Below are positions 1-12,500 of a stretch of 43,120 nt of DNA, piece by piece. The stretch spans positions 1 to 43,120 of the forward strand of contig CALSCP010000086.1 of the NCBI GenBank assembly GCA_943704425.1, given 5' to 3'. Under the pieces are notes generated by a model, which saw only the letters and a program-made list of their open reading frames with translations, made no database searches and was not told where the DNA came from. Every line of letters starts with the position of its first letter. Positions within the stretch are counted from its first letter, which is position 1. This DNA is from Ministeria vibrans ATCC 50519 (lineage: Eukaryota > Protista > Filasterea). The translations under genes and the position numbers were made by a program.

Positions 1-108
<108 letters not shown>

Positions 109-117
109 CCTCACTAG

Positions 118-453
118 TTCATTGTGGGCCAAATGTCCTTCTCCCAACCGGCACTCACTGACGAGACCGTGCGCATTGCATTTGACGTGTTTGACGTGCA
201 CAAAACTGGCTCAGTTGAACTCGACGGTGTTACGTCCATTCTCACCTCCGCGTTTCCTCACATGTCTAATGCGCAAGTCAGAGCGCTCTTCTCTCTCGCA
301 AACTCGGACGACTCAGGAACACTCTCCTTTGACCAGTTGCGCTCCTTCCTCGAAGCCAATCCTGAGTATGCCGCAATCATCGAAAATGTGCACGAAGAGC
401 GCGAAAAGCAGCTCCAAATCCAATGTGAACAGCAAGACTCAGCAAAAGAATGA
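118..453 (+). CDS. LPCAT: Terminal exon of an LPCAT1/LPCAT2-like lysophospholipid acyltransferase (C-terminal EF-hand pair); 5' part outside the window
   Basis: After the AG at 116-117 it reads FIVGQMSFSQPALTDETVRIAFDVFDVHKTGSVELDGVTSILTSAF...LFSLANSDDSGTLSFDQLRSFLEANPEYAAI, stop TGA at 451-453. Two EF-hand-like loops plus the 'F...PEYA.I' ending parallel the LPCAT2 C-terminus as I recall it (…IQVAFKLFDVDEDGYIT…ISYEEFKSFALKHPEYAKIF). Confidence 0.75.
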   Translation, partial: FIVGQMSFSQPALTDETVRIAFDVFDVHKTGSVELDGVTSILTSAFPHMSNAQVRALFSLANSDDSGTLSFDQLRSFLEANPEYAAIIENVHEEREKQLQIQCEQQDSAKE

Positions 454-550
454 AAAAAATATAATTAATTTTTGCAATGTCACACACACACTCTCTCTCC
501 GTCTGTCTGTCTGTCTCTCTCTCTTTCTAGCACTCTCATCACAAATACAA

Positions 551-3500
551 TTACAAAAACTCTTCATCCGCGAGTGCGGGTGCATCGTCTTCTTCGTCCT
601 CTTCGCCAAACAAACGGCGCTCCCACTCGTCCAGCACCTTGCCCAGGTCCCGCTCGCGCACCACATGTCGCTTTGAGTTGACTGCGTCCATGCGCAGTTC
701 CTCCTCGAGCCGCATGCGAATTTCGCTGAAGCGAGGACGGTTTTCGGGCTTGCGCGACCACACATCGCGCAGCACAGAAAAGAGTGCCTCGGGACATGCG
801 GCAGGCTGAGGCAGGCGGCCTCCATCCTCAATGAAGCGCACCAGACCACTCGTCGGCACATCCCCGTATGGCCGTAGCGACCCCAGGGTGAGCACCTCCC
901 ACACGAGCACGCCGTACGACCACACATCCGACTGCACTTCGTACACCCCTTCAATCAGCACCTCGGGCGCCATCCATCGGATCGGTAACTTGCCCCCCTT
1001 GGGCATCACATAGCGGCTCTCGCCTTCGTTCAACATGATCGCAAGGCCAAAGTCGCTCACCTTGACCAGATTGCCCGTGTAAATGAGACAGTTGCGCGCC
1101 GCCAGATCTCGATGAATCACTCCGCGCGAGCCCAAAAAGTGCATTCCTTGCGCCACCTGACTGCAAATCTGCAAAAACTCATTGTACGCAATGACCATCT
1201 GACCCTGGAGCGAGTGCACGCGACGCATAAAAGTGCGCAGGTCGCCGTGCTGGGCACAGCTCGTCACAATGAGCCAGGGCGGCCGGTCCATGCACACGCC
1301 CATGAGATCCAGTACGTGCGGACAGCCCGCCAGCTCCGACAGCAGCTGTGCCTCGGCAATGAAGTCATCCATGTCGCGCTGCGACGCAGACGGATTCAGT
1401 GTCTTCACCGCGACAAACTCGCGCGGACGGTCGCTCTTGCCGCGCGTCGTCGACGCCCGAATCACATAGCCAAACTGACCTTTGCCAATCTCCGAGTCAA
1501 ACTCAAGCCAACTGCGTACAAACTGATGGTCGAGCAGCAGCGCATTGACCTCCTCTGCATCGTCGTCCGCGTAAAAGCCGTCAATGCTAGTGCCCAGCGT
1601 CGCCTGCGGCATCTCCTTGAACACATCGTGGTGCGTCGCGCGCTCCTTCTCGCGCGACTTGGTCGACTTGCGGCGCACTTGACTCTTCTGAGGCAACGAC
1701 GGAACACGCTTGGGCAGCGCTACAGAACGTGGACCAGCAGCGGGCACAGGACGTGACGGAGGCGGTGGAAGACGCGCCGAAGCAGCACGCGACACTGCCG
1801 GCGCGCTGCCCGGCTCAACGTACTCATCACCGTTCAACGCTCGAGGTGGTAGTGATGCAGCCGCACGCATTTGCGGCTCTTGTTTGTTACCCATGATACG
1901 CTCCATGGGATTCGTGTCGTACACCTGGTCCGTGTCCGTATTGCCGTACGTGTGATCGTCGTCGTACGGCAGCTCCGTATCGCGCACCGCGTTACCATAA
2001 ACCTGGCCTTCGCTTGCGTCCGCTGTCTCGCCCACAAAGCCACCCTCCAGCTTGAGCACACGGTTGCCATACACATCGTCGTCACCGCCCCCTTCGGCGT
2101 CGACTGTCTCGCCCGTCGTCGGGAACTGAAAGACGCCCAGAGACCGCTGCACAATCCCATTATCATACAGCTGCAACTCGTCGCCCTCACCCACGTTCAG
2201 GTACTCGTCGTCCTCGGCGCGCGTATTGTCCTCGAGATCGTCCACAAAGTGATAGCCATGCGCATACTCGCCATCGTTAAGCTGAGGTACCACAAAGCGT
2301 CCCGCACCCTTGCGCGACTCACCCCGCCGACGACGCTGGAAACGACGCTCGGGCGGCAGGTCCGGTGCCGGCAGTGCCTTGGACGAGCGTCGCTTGAGGT
2401 CCTCCAGCAACTCGCCGTTCTCGTCGTACTCGGCCGCGGCAGGGTCGCGCGAGATGGACGCACGCGAGTCCATCAGTGGCAGCTTCGACGACTGTCGCCC
2501 AAACACCATCGGATTCACCGTCATGTCCATCGACGAGCGCATCATATCGTTGTCTTCGGAGCGCGACGATGACAGGCGCGCTCGCTTCGACCCGCCACGA
2601 TGGTTGCGTCGGACCACCACAAAGATCACAATGAGCGCAAGCAGAATAATTCCAATGGCCGCTCCCGCATACAGTCCTACATTCGAACTCGATGCTGCAC
2701 CCACCACACCCGCATCGTACGCACCCGCAATGACACTCAGGTGGCGCAACGTGCCCCGCACCACCTGAGCAGTCTCGTTCACGACGGTCGCCTCGACCTC
2801 CTCAAAGTCCGCACCACTCGACGACGCATGCACACGAATGGTCGCCCACTTCGACTGCACCACAGCGCCCGCGTCGATGTCAATGGTCACCGTCACACCC
2901 GCACCACCAAAGACAGTGCCACTCGGCTCGATGCGGAAGTACTGGGTCGTCGCCAGTTGATAGGAGTCTGGGAACGCCGCAACACTCGTGCTGTTGGCCG
3001 GAATGGCGTACGCCGTAAAGACAATCGCGCTGGCGACAGCGCCCACCGCAAATTCAAGTTGGAACGAGCCACAAGCAGCACTGCTGCTCGTCAGCACGCC
3101 GCCCGACGCATCTATCGTGCCGCGCGCACACAAGTCATCGAGACGCGTCTCGCACAACGTGCCCGTGTAAGGGAAGGCACAGTTACACGTGTAGGCAGCA
3201 AGGCCGTCCTGGCACACGCCCGCATTTAGGCAAGGCATCGAGGCACATTCGTCAATAGGACTGGCACACGTGGCGCCGTCAAAGCCCGTCAACGCACAGT
3301 CACACAAAAATGAGGCGACGCCGTCAGCGCACACTCCGCCATTAGCACACGGCGACGACGCACACTCGTCAATGGGACTGACACACGTGGCGCCGTCAAA
3401 GCCCGTCAGCGCACAGTCACACAAAAATGAGGCAACGCCGTCAGCGCACACTCCGCCATTAGCACACGGCGACGACGCACACTCGTCCATGTTTGTCGAG

Positions 3501-6500
3501 CACACGGCGTCGGTGTAGCCGGCGGTACAAGTGCACGTGTGTCCTAGATGAATGTCCACACAAGTGGCGCCATTCACGCACGGCGATGACGCACACTCGT
3601 CAATGCTCGTCGAGCACACGGCGTCGGTGTAGCCGGCGGTGCAAGTGCACGTGTATCCTAGATGAATGTCCACACAAGTGGCGCCATTCACACACGGCGA
3701 CGACGCACACTCGTCGGTGGCCACCTCACACACCACACCCGTAAAGCCGGTCAGCGCACAGTCGCACGACCACTCGAGCAATGCATCGTGCGAACACACA
3801 CCACCATTGCGACAGGGCGACGAGTCGCAGCCCACCGAGGCAATGTCGCCGCACGACTTGCCTTGGAAGCCCGTGTCCGTACAGTTGCACTGGTAGTCAC
3901 CTGTAAGCTCGGTGCAAGTACCACCATTGCGACAGGGACTGCTCGCGCACTCGAGACCCTCTTCACAAGAAACGCCCGTGTACGCTTCGGGACAGGTGCA
4001 CGCATACGCATCCAAACCGTTCGCACACGTCCCGCCATTGGCACACGGCGATGACGCACACTCATCAATGTCTGCACACGTCAGCGCACTGCCTGTCCAC
4101 TCGCCGCCCATGCATGCGCGTGTCAGGTTTCCCGCACTCGGCGCAAAGCCCGCGTCGCACGCTTGCACGCACTGCACATTCTCAATGGACGTGGCTGGAC
4201 ACACCGGCGTGCCGTTGCTGGGCGCTGGCACCTCGGGACACACCTTGAGACACACCTTGAGACTCTCGGTGGACCACAGCGCCGATGCAAGACACGTCAC
4301 GTTGGTACGCAATCCCGCCGTCGACAGAGTATACCCTGCAACACACGTGTACGAACACTGATCGCCAAGACGCTGTGTGCCACAGCCACTTGTGTCCAAC
4401 GTAGAACTGACAGGCGCTCCACCAAACACGCCGCAGTAGCCGCTAATGAGCGAATCGCACGCGAGTGACTCCCAACCGGGCGCGCATGTGCACTGCCCCG
4501 ACGACGAACAACTCGTGCCCGTCGCACCTGCACTCGTGTCACAGCCACACGGTGTGCACGTAGCCGCGGCAGCGGTCGCCAGTGCACCGTACGAAGTTGC
4601 CTCGCAATGACACTCAAACGTACCATTTACGTTCACGCACACATTGCCCGTCTGCGTCGCGCACTCCACAGCACCCGCATGGCCCGCGGAACACTCGTTA
4701 ATATCCTCGTCGCAGAGCGTCCCGTTGTAACCGGTGCCCGTGCACGTGCACGTAAACACACCCACAGCAACCTTGGTACAGGTGCCGCCATTGTGGCAGG
4801 GCGATGACTCGCACACGTCCAACTCCACATGACAAAACTGTCCGCCCCAGCCAACGGCACACGTACACGAACCGTCGCCCGACGCTCCGTCCGCACACGT
4901 TCCCCCATTGAGACAGTTGCACGACAAGCACTGCGGTCCATAGCGATCGGAAGGGCACCCACCGCAGACGCCGTCACCCGCAAGTCCGTCGTTACACGTG
5001 CCTGTCTGGCACGAAGGCGTGCATTGTGCCAAGCAACTGTTTCCGTACCGACCCTCTTCGCAGTCTTCGCAGTTGACGCCACCATAGAATTGCGGACAGG
5101 TGCATTCGTAGGCGCTCGTCGTGGCGTTGGTGCACGTACCGCCATTCTGACACGGATCCGACGTGCACGGCACAAAGATCGTCTCGCACCGTTCACCCGT
5201 ATACAGCTCGGAGCACTCACAGCCAAAGTTGGAGGCAGGACGCTCAAGACAGGGCATGCCAAACATGCAAGGATCTGTCTCGAGCACCCAGTACACACCA
5301 AACTCCACAGTGCCCGTGCGACCCTCCACGGTGCCCGTGCCTGTCTTTGTGCCCGCCGTTGCCGCCAACAATCTCGCTCCGAGTTGGTCGCAGATGGCGA
5401 CAAAGCCAGCGTTGTTTGTCACGGCGATGTAGCCGCCGTTGCTACGCACGTGCGCAAGGCCACCAATGCTCGACAGTAGCGGATTACCCGTGATCAACAG
5501 ACCCGTGCCCACCGTCACAAGACCCACCAGTCCATCGACGTGCGCCAACTTCTGATTGTCCACCACCCACACGTATCCGTCGACACGGCTGAGCTGCGAG
5601 AATCCCTGGAAGAAGATCTCCACATTGCCATTGCTGCCAATCACAAGATTGCCACCGACATGACTCAACGAGGCGGGCCCCTCCAGCGACTGCAATTTTA
5701 AATTGTTCTCGACGCGCAAATCACCCCCGACACTCTCGAGTGCCCCCAGTCCCGTCGTCAGCACCAGCTCGAGGTTGCCGTCAATCACAAAGCTACCCGT
5801 GACATTTCGCAGACTTCCAAGTCCCCCCAGCGACAACAGACCACTGTTGGACTCGATCAGAAAGTCGCCGACAACCTCCTCGAGCGCGTCAAGACCAGAC
5901 ATGGACGAGAAAAGCCCATTGGCATTGTTGCGAATGTCAAGACCGTGCACCGACGCAAGCGACGAAAGCGCCCCTAACGAACTGATAGCGGTCAGGCCTG
6001 CACCGTCAATGACAAGGGGTGGACCCCTGAGCACCACACAACCGGCAAAGGCATTGAGCTGTGCCATAGTGTTGACAACTGTCCCAGGGTTCACACACTG
6101 AGTCGTGTCCACCTCGCACAGGTCCCCCGTGGTGCCCGACGGACAGGCACACACAAAAGCAGGGTACACGGTGGGCATGCATGTGCCACCGGCGGTGCAT
6201 GGTGACGAGGCACACACATCAATAGCGGATTCGCACAGCTCGCCCGTGAATCCGGGTGCACACAAACATGTAAACGAGTCGGTCAGGTGCGACGAAGTGC
6301 AATTGCCATTGTTCTGACATGGCAGCGATGCACAGATGTCTTCGCCGCAGAAACAGTCGAGGGCACACGAAGTGCAATTCTCGTTGTGTTCCTCGCGACA
6401 GTAGCCATCGCCGCACTTTTCAAGCGGCACAATCGCCGTAATGTTGACACGATTGATCACCCAGCGACCGCGCGTGTTCGACGTCGGCGTAGGCTGGTGC

Positions 6501-9500
6501 CAGCGAAAGCGAACGGACGGGGCACGCGCAACGTCGGGCAGTATCAAACGGTACTCTTGATAGTCGGCACGCGCCGACCAGGTCAACAGCTCGTGCCAAA
6601 TGACACCACCCAGAATGGAATACTCAAAGTAGAGGCTGTCGGTGGCGGCGCTGACGCCCGTGCAGCTCGACGAGGCAAACGACAGCCAGAAAACGACCTC
6701 AGAGCCGTTGCGCATGTCCAGGTCGACTGTCTCGAGGTAGCGCGCTCCTTCGCCGTTAAACTTGAGGGCGGGCTCGTTCACATCGCACGACGACGTGTCC
6801 TTGAACACTTCGTTGCGCACCCGTGTAAAGTGTTGGGGATCAAGCTGGGCGGCGGACAGATCGTCTTCAAGGTACGACGGACGTGTCTCGGTCAAGCTGC
6901 ATGCCGCACCCGAGTAGCCTCGGTCGCACACACACGTGTGTGCTGCAATATCGCAACGACCGTGTCCCGAGCACATGTCGGGACAATTGGCAAACTCGCC
7001 CACAAGCACATTGTCGATGCCAAAGTCTTGTCCACTCGGGCCCGTCAGGTCTTGGTACCAACGAATGCGCAGACGCTCCGAAAGTTGTACAGGCAGGAAA
7101 ATGGGCAACTGGACAAGGTAGCCCCCTTGAGCATTGGGATCGGTGCGATCGTCGATGGAGGCAAACTGCGACGAGGCAAAGCGCATGGGACAGGTGACGC
7201 TGCCGTAGTCACTACACATCGTTGTGAGGGGCGCGTATGTCGCTCCGTCGTCCACCGAGTACTGCACCTCGACATCCATCAGAATGGAAGCACCATCGCC
7301 ACACAGGGGGTAGTACTCAAATTGCAAAAAGGGTCCGCTCGCCTGTCCATTGGTCACCAACTCGACACTGTCGAGGGACCACACATCCTTGTCCACCGCA
7401 TTCCCACCGAGTGTCTTTTGCAACCAACGGAACTGCGTCGTCTGGTGATGCACAGGCGTGTCAAGCAAAAGTACAACAGCAAAACTACCGGAGCGCTCGA
7501 CGTCGTAGGAGGCAAGAGTGGTCCATGTTGAGCCGCCATCGTGGCTGTACGAGACGATGACACCGTCGCCGGCCTCGAGTGGGTCACAGCCGTCGGTTCC
7601 CGTCGGGAAGTAAAGCGTAAAGTCGAGCGAGAGCGCACCAAAGGTGTTCATGGGTGCCGTCACCGCTTGACGAGTGCCAGCCTTAGTCATCGTGAGCGCC
7701 TTGGAGGCGACGCCACAGAGCGTCTGAGAATTGTAACCAATCGACAAGCTGTCCCAGAGCGATGTGGGAAGCGTGGTGCTGGACGAATAGCTGTCAAAAT
7801 CGTCGCCAAAGCCGAGAATGGAGGCACGCAGAGAATACAAGGTGGTATTAAGCTCGCGCGTTTGCAGTCGACGTGGACCAGTCACGTCGGCAAGCGCGTC
7901 ATCAACCAGAGCAAAGTGAGCAAGTGCGCTGCTGGTATTGCAACGGGGCGCGCTGTCGATGAGTCCATGGAACATCCAATTGGTCTCATCTACGGGATCA
8001 AAGGTGTCGGCCAGCACGGCGGGGTTCACGGCCGAACCTCCCGCATAGACATTGTCGAGGGCCCATTGGTCGTTGGACGAATAGGAGTATTGAAGCCAGC
8101 GAAAGCGCACTGTCTCGCCCGAGCGTGTCCACGACGGTAGGAGCATGTAGTAGTGATGCGATGTGCCGTCTATTTCGTCGATAATCTGCCACGAGCTGCC
8201 GCCGTCGACCGACGCGAAGAGAGCAATAGTCTCCGCCGGCACCACATACCCCGAGCATAGATTGCTCTCGCCCCGCATGATGCTGGCAAACTCAACAAAG
8301 GTGGGACCACCGGCGGCGCGTGTCACGTCAATATCCGGTGTGTCCGCGTAGCGTTGCTGCACGTTCTCCAAGTCAAAGAAGAGTGAAAACGTTCCGTGAG
8401 TTTGCACGCGACAAGGGTTCTTTTGCACGCTCCCACCCACAACGGTTACAAAGTTGTTGCCGTCCAACTCGGATGCGTCCAGCATGTCGCGAAAATACGG
8501 CAAGAGTGTGCCCGCGTCGGCGACACACGCCACACCCGAGGTGGACCTCGTATAGCCACTGTCGCACACACACGCGCCCGCCACACACACGCCATGGCCC
8601 GAACAAAGGGTGCCGCATGAGGAGTCCACCGAGATGCTCGCAAGTGCCCATTGGGCTGCCGAAAACGGTTGCGTGGCGTCCACAAGACGAAAGCGCGTCG
8701 AGGGACCACGCGCCTGTAATGGCACAAATGTCGACATGCGACGGTAGTCGGTGTTGAGGAAGTTGCTCGAGTGGAATGAAGTAATGGTGCGAAATTGTGC
8801 GCACGACTGGCACGATGACCAGAGGTTCTGCCAAGTGGTGCCCAAGTCCACCGAGTATTGCAACTCGACCACCTTGTTCTCGTTCAGGGTGGTGCCACAG
8901 CCCATTTGTATTTCAACATTGACCACAGAGGAGCGCTCGAGAGGCGCCGCATGCACGGCAATCTCGTCAAGCGCCCACTGATCGTTGGTGCCCGAGGTCG
9001 TGATGGGCTGCGTCCAGCGCAACTGCAGCGTGTCGACACGCGCCTCAACTGGCAGCACCACAGACAGGTCGGTGCCGCGCGGATCAGTGTAGGGGGACTC
9101 GGGCGCATACTGTCCCAGCAAGTGATAGCTCGCACCGCCATCTACGGTGTACTGCAACACGACATCCTCCTGCGCATCCACCAACTTGCAGTTGGTGAAT
9201 CCCGCTGCAGCATCGTCGGGACCACCCAGTTTGATCCAAAAGGTGACACGCTCAGCAAGCGAGCCGCTCAGCACGGGGGTGAGCACGGTACGTGACGAGC
9301 CGGTGGCAAAGAGAGCATAGCCTGCCTTAGCGCCACACGTCACCGAGCCGCCCATGGCCTCGACAAACTGCGACGGAGTGCTTGTGCTCTCGACACTCTC
9401 GTAGAAGAGCAGGCCCACCGAAGAGTTGGTGGCGACGGGACGCAGCTGGACCTCGCGACGAACGTAGGCGTCGTCAAGGGTGGTCACAGCGGAGGCAAGT

Positions 9501-12500
9501 ACATTGGTGCGTGTGCAGTAGGCGGCAGAGTCAGTCATGAGCGGCGTAAAGAGGACCTCTGAGGCAGTGAGCGGCGCCACGGACACACTGCGACTAGACG
9601 GATAGCCATGCGTGCTGTTGCCGCCAATAAAAAGGTCGTCGAGACCAAATGCACGACGGGTGCTAGAACTCTGGGAATCGGTGCGTAACTGGATCCAACG
9701 GAAGCGCGTGCGGGCGGTCCGTGCACGCGAGGGGATCTCCACGACCGACGTGGCGCCCGTACTCCACGGACTTGACGGGGTGTAGGTAAACATGTGTGTC
9801 CAGTGAACGCCCGAGTCAGTCGAGTACATGAGGTAGACGTTGGAACCGGCGTCCTGAGAGCCGCCACACTTGGAGCCGAGCACAATGTTCACCTGGATAA
9901 AATGTCCGTCCCGCATGTCGAGATCGACCGTGGTAGCACCACGCTGCGACGTGGCATCGGTGGTAAAAAGCAGGTAGGTGCCCTCGCTGACAAGACCACA
10001 TTGGCCGCTGTTGTCGCTGGCCTGGATGAGTTCGCCTGCCACAATGGACGCCCAAGTGTCGGCACGAATGGTGTCGATGCGATCGAAAATCTCGGTGGCC
10101 AAAGGCGTGTTGGGCACGCACGTGGAGCCCGAGGCAGAGTAACCCGTGTCGCAGAGACACGTGCCACCGACGCGACACATGCCGTGACCGCCACAGTAGT
10201 CGGGGCACTCGTGTCCCACATAAAGATCGTCAATGGCCCACTCGCGCGTCGTCGAACCCCACGTGCCCGCTTGGCGCAGTCTAAATTGTGTGTGAGGGGA
10301 TGCGGCGGCCGTGTCCACAATGGGGAAGGTGACGCGTGTGTAGGCGGGACGGTGGGCCTCCGAGGTGAAGCGGGCAATGGGAGGCGCATCCAGGGAGCAG
10401 AGGACCGAGTCAAAACCAAACGAGGAGAGACAGGCCATGTGAACGGGCGACTTCCAGGTCACACCGCGGTCCGTCGAGTACTCAAGGAAGACGTCGCGAT
10501 CGTAGGCGACGTTGACACCACAACCAATGTTGAGCGAGAATTGCACAAAGGTCGCGACCTGCTGGGTGGGTTTGGCGCGCACAAAGAGCACCGAATCAAG
10601 CGACCAAAAATTACGCGAGTCGACAAACGTCGTCTGACGCCAACGGAAGCGCACGCCCATGGTGCGCGCGGCGGCGGGCAGGTTCATCACGCGTTGCACG
10701 GCGCCCACACGAATGGGGTCAGATGTGTCGAGGGTCGCGCCCGGATCAACTTCGAGAAGGGTGCTCCATAGCGACGCCTGGTTCGCGTCGAGACCCGCCG
10801 CGAGATACTCGAGCACCATGTTGGCACCCGAGTAAGGAGCGTTGCACGCGGTCGAGCCAGTGCCACCCGAGTGGCCCGCCTGCAGCCAAAAGACAACCGC
10901 CTCAAAGTCGCTCGCATTCAGAGGCTTTGTCATGAGAGAGCGAGTGGCGCCGCCAGTCGAAGTGAACACGGCCGAGTGGCTGCTTGAGAGTTCCTTGAAA
11001 CACAAATCCGTACTCAAGATGACACCCGACGCGGTGTCCCACCAGCTGGCGAGCGAACCCGAGTCGAACGAGTCGTAGTAGAGATCGTACTGTTCGCTTC
11101 GGGTGTCAATGGAGCGCGTGGTCACTGCACGCGTGAGGCCCAGGCCACTAAAGTGCAGAACTTGCTGACGCGCACAAAAGGTGCCGACCGCACCGTTGGG
11201 GTGAAACAGAAAGTTGCTCTCGTCAATCGTGTCGAATTGATCGTCCAGCGACGCAACGACTTCGGCACCACCCACAAAAAAATCGTCGATGGCCCAGTCG
11301 TCGGCGTTGGGCGACGAAATGAGCACTTGTTCGATGCGCAGGCGCGTTGCATTGGTCCAAGCACCCTCGGGCAAGGCGTAGACGTAGGACTCACTGACCT
11401 GCACCGAGGCCGAGCCGTCGCCAAGCGTCGCCACGTAGGTCCAGGTGGTGCCGCCGTCGGTTGAGTACGAGAGAGTGACGGGCTGGGAGGAGGACACCGA
11501 GGAGCAGTACGAGCCGGAGCCACTGGACTGGGTAAAGAAGGCGACCTGGAGCACGTCGCCCTCACGAATGCGCATGTCGACAGTCTCGGCTGAGCGTGCT
11601 GTGGAGGCACTGAAGATGAGACGCGTCCCATCCGACGCAGCTGTTGTGCCACAATCGACGCCCGTCGCGACTGCGCCCACGATTCGCGACCACACGTCGG
11701 CGGGTGGAGTGGTGGTCCATTCAAAGGTGTCGCGCAGAGTGGAGACACTGGGCACGGAGGGCACACAGCTGAGGAGAGGGTCGTTGACAAAACCCGAGTC
11801 GCACACGCACACACCCGTGGCACACGATCCATGGCCGTTGCAGTAGCCCGGGCATTTGTTGGTGAGGACGACGCGAGCGACGCTCCACTCGTTGGCCGTG
11901 GTGAGCGCGGAGGCGTCCGGTTGAGCAATGCGAATGCGCGTACCGGCCGCCGCAAGTGCGTTGGAGGCAACGGCTGCTTCGGGAATGGGAATGAAAAAGC
12001 GTGTGCGACTCGACAGGCGTGCGGGAGGGTAAAGGGTGTTGTGGACGATATTTGTAAGGCATCGTTCGGTGCCGGGCAGGCACTTTTCGTAGAGCGGCTC
12101 CCACGTAATGCCTTGGTTCACGGAGTAGGACAACTCGAGGGCGTCCGAGTCGCCAAGGCCCGACGGCACGCACTGGCCCAGCTGGAGGCTGACTTCGAGC
12201 GTGGACATGTTTTCGCTGCGCAGATTTACACGTTCCACGACCACACTGTCGAGGCCCCACTCGTCAAAGTTGAGCCCCGAGTTGCTCTGCTGGCTCCAGC
12301 GGAACTCAACGGCGGACGCCTGAGCTGGAGGCGTGCGACCCGCCAGGGACTCGGAGACAAAGACGGGTCCTCGGTGGCTGCTCGATGTGTAGATTGCGAT
12401 AGGATGGAAGGAAGTGCCGCCGTCGACGGAGTACGACAAGGTGACGCCCTCTGTCGCGGCGTCGGCCAGGTGACAATTGATGCCACCGCCAATGGAGATG

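Noticed and set aside
3251-3716. CRISPR-like or mobile repeat
   Set aside because: The units are in-frame EGF-coding duplications without spacers, in a eukaryotic gene.
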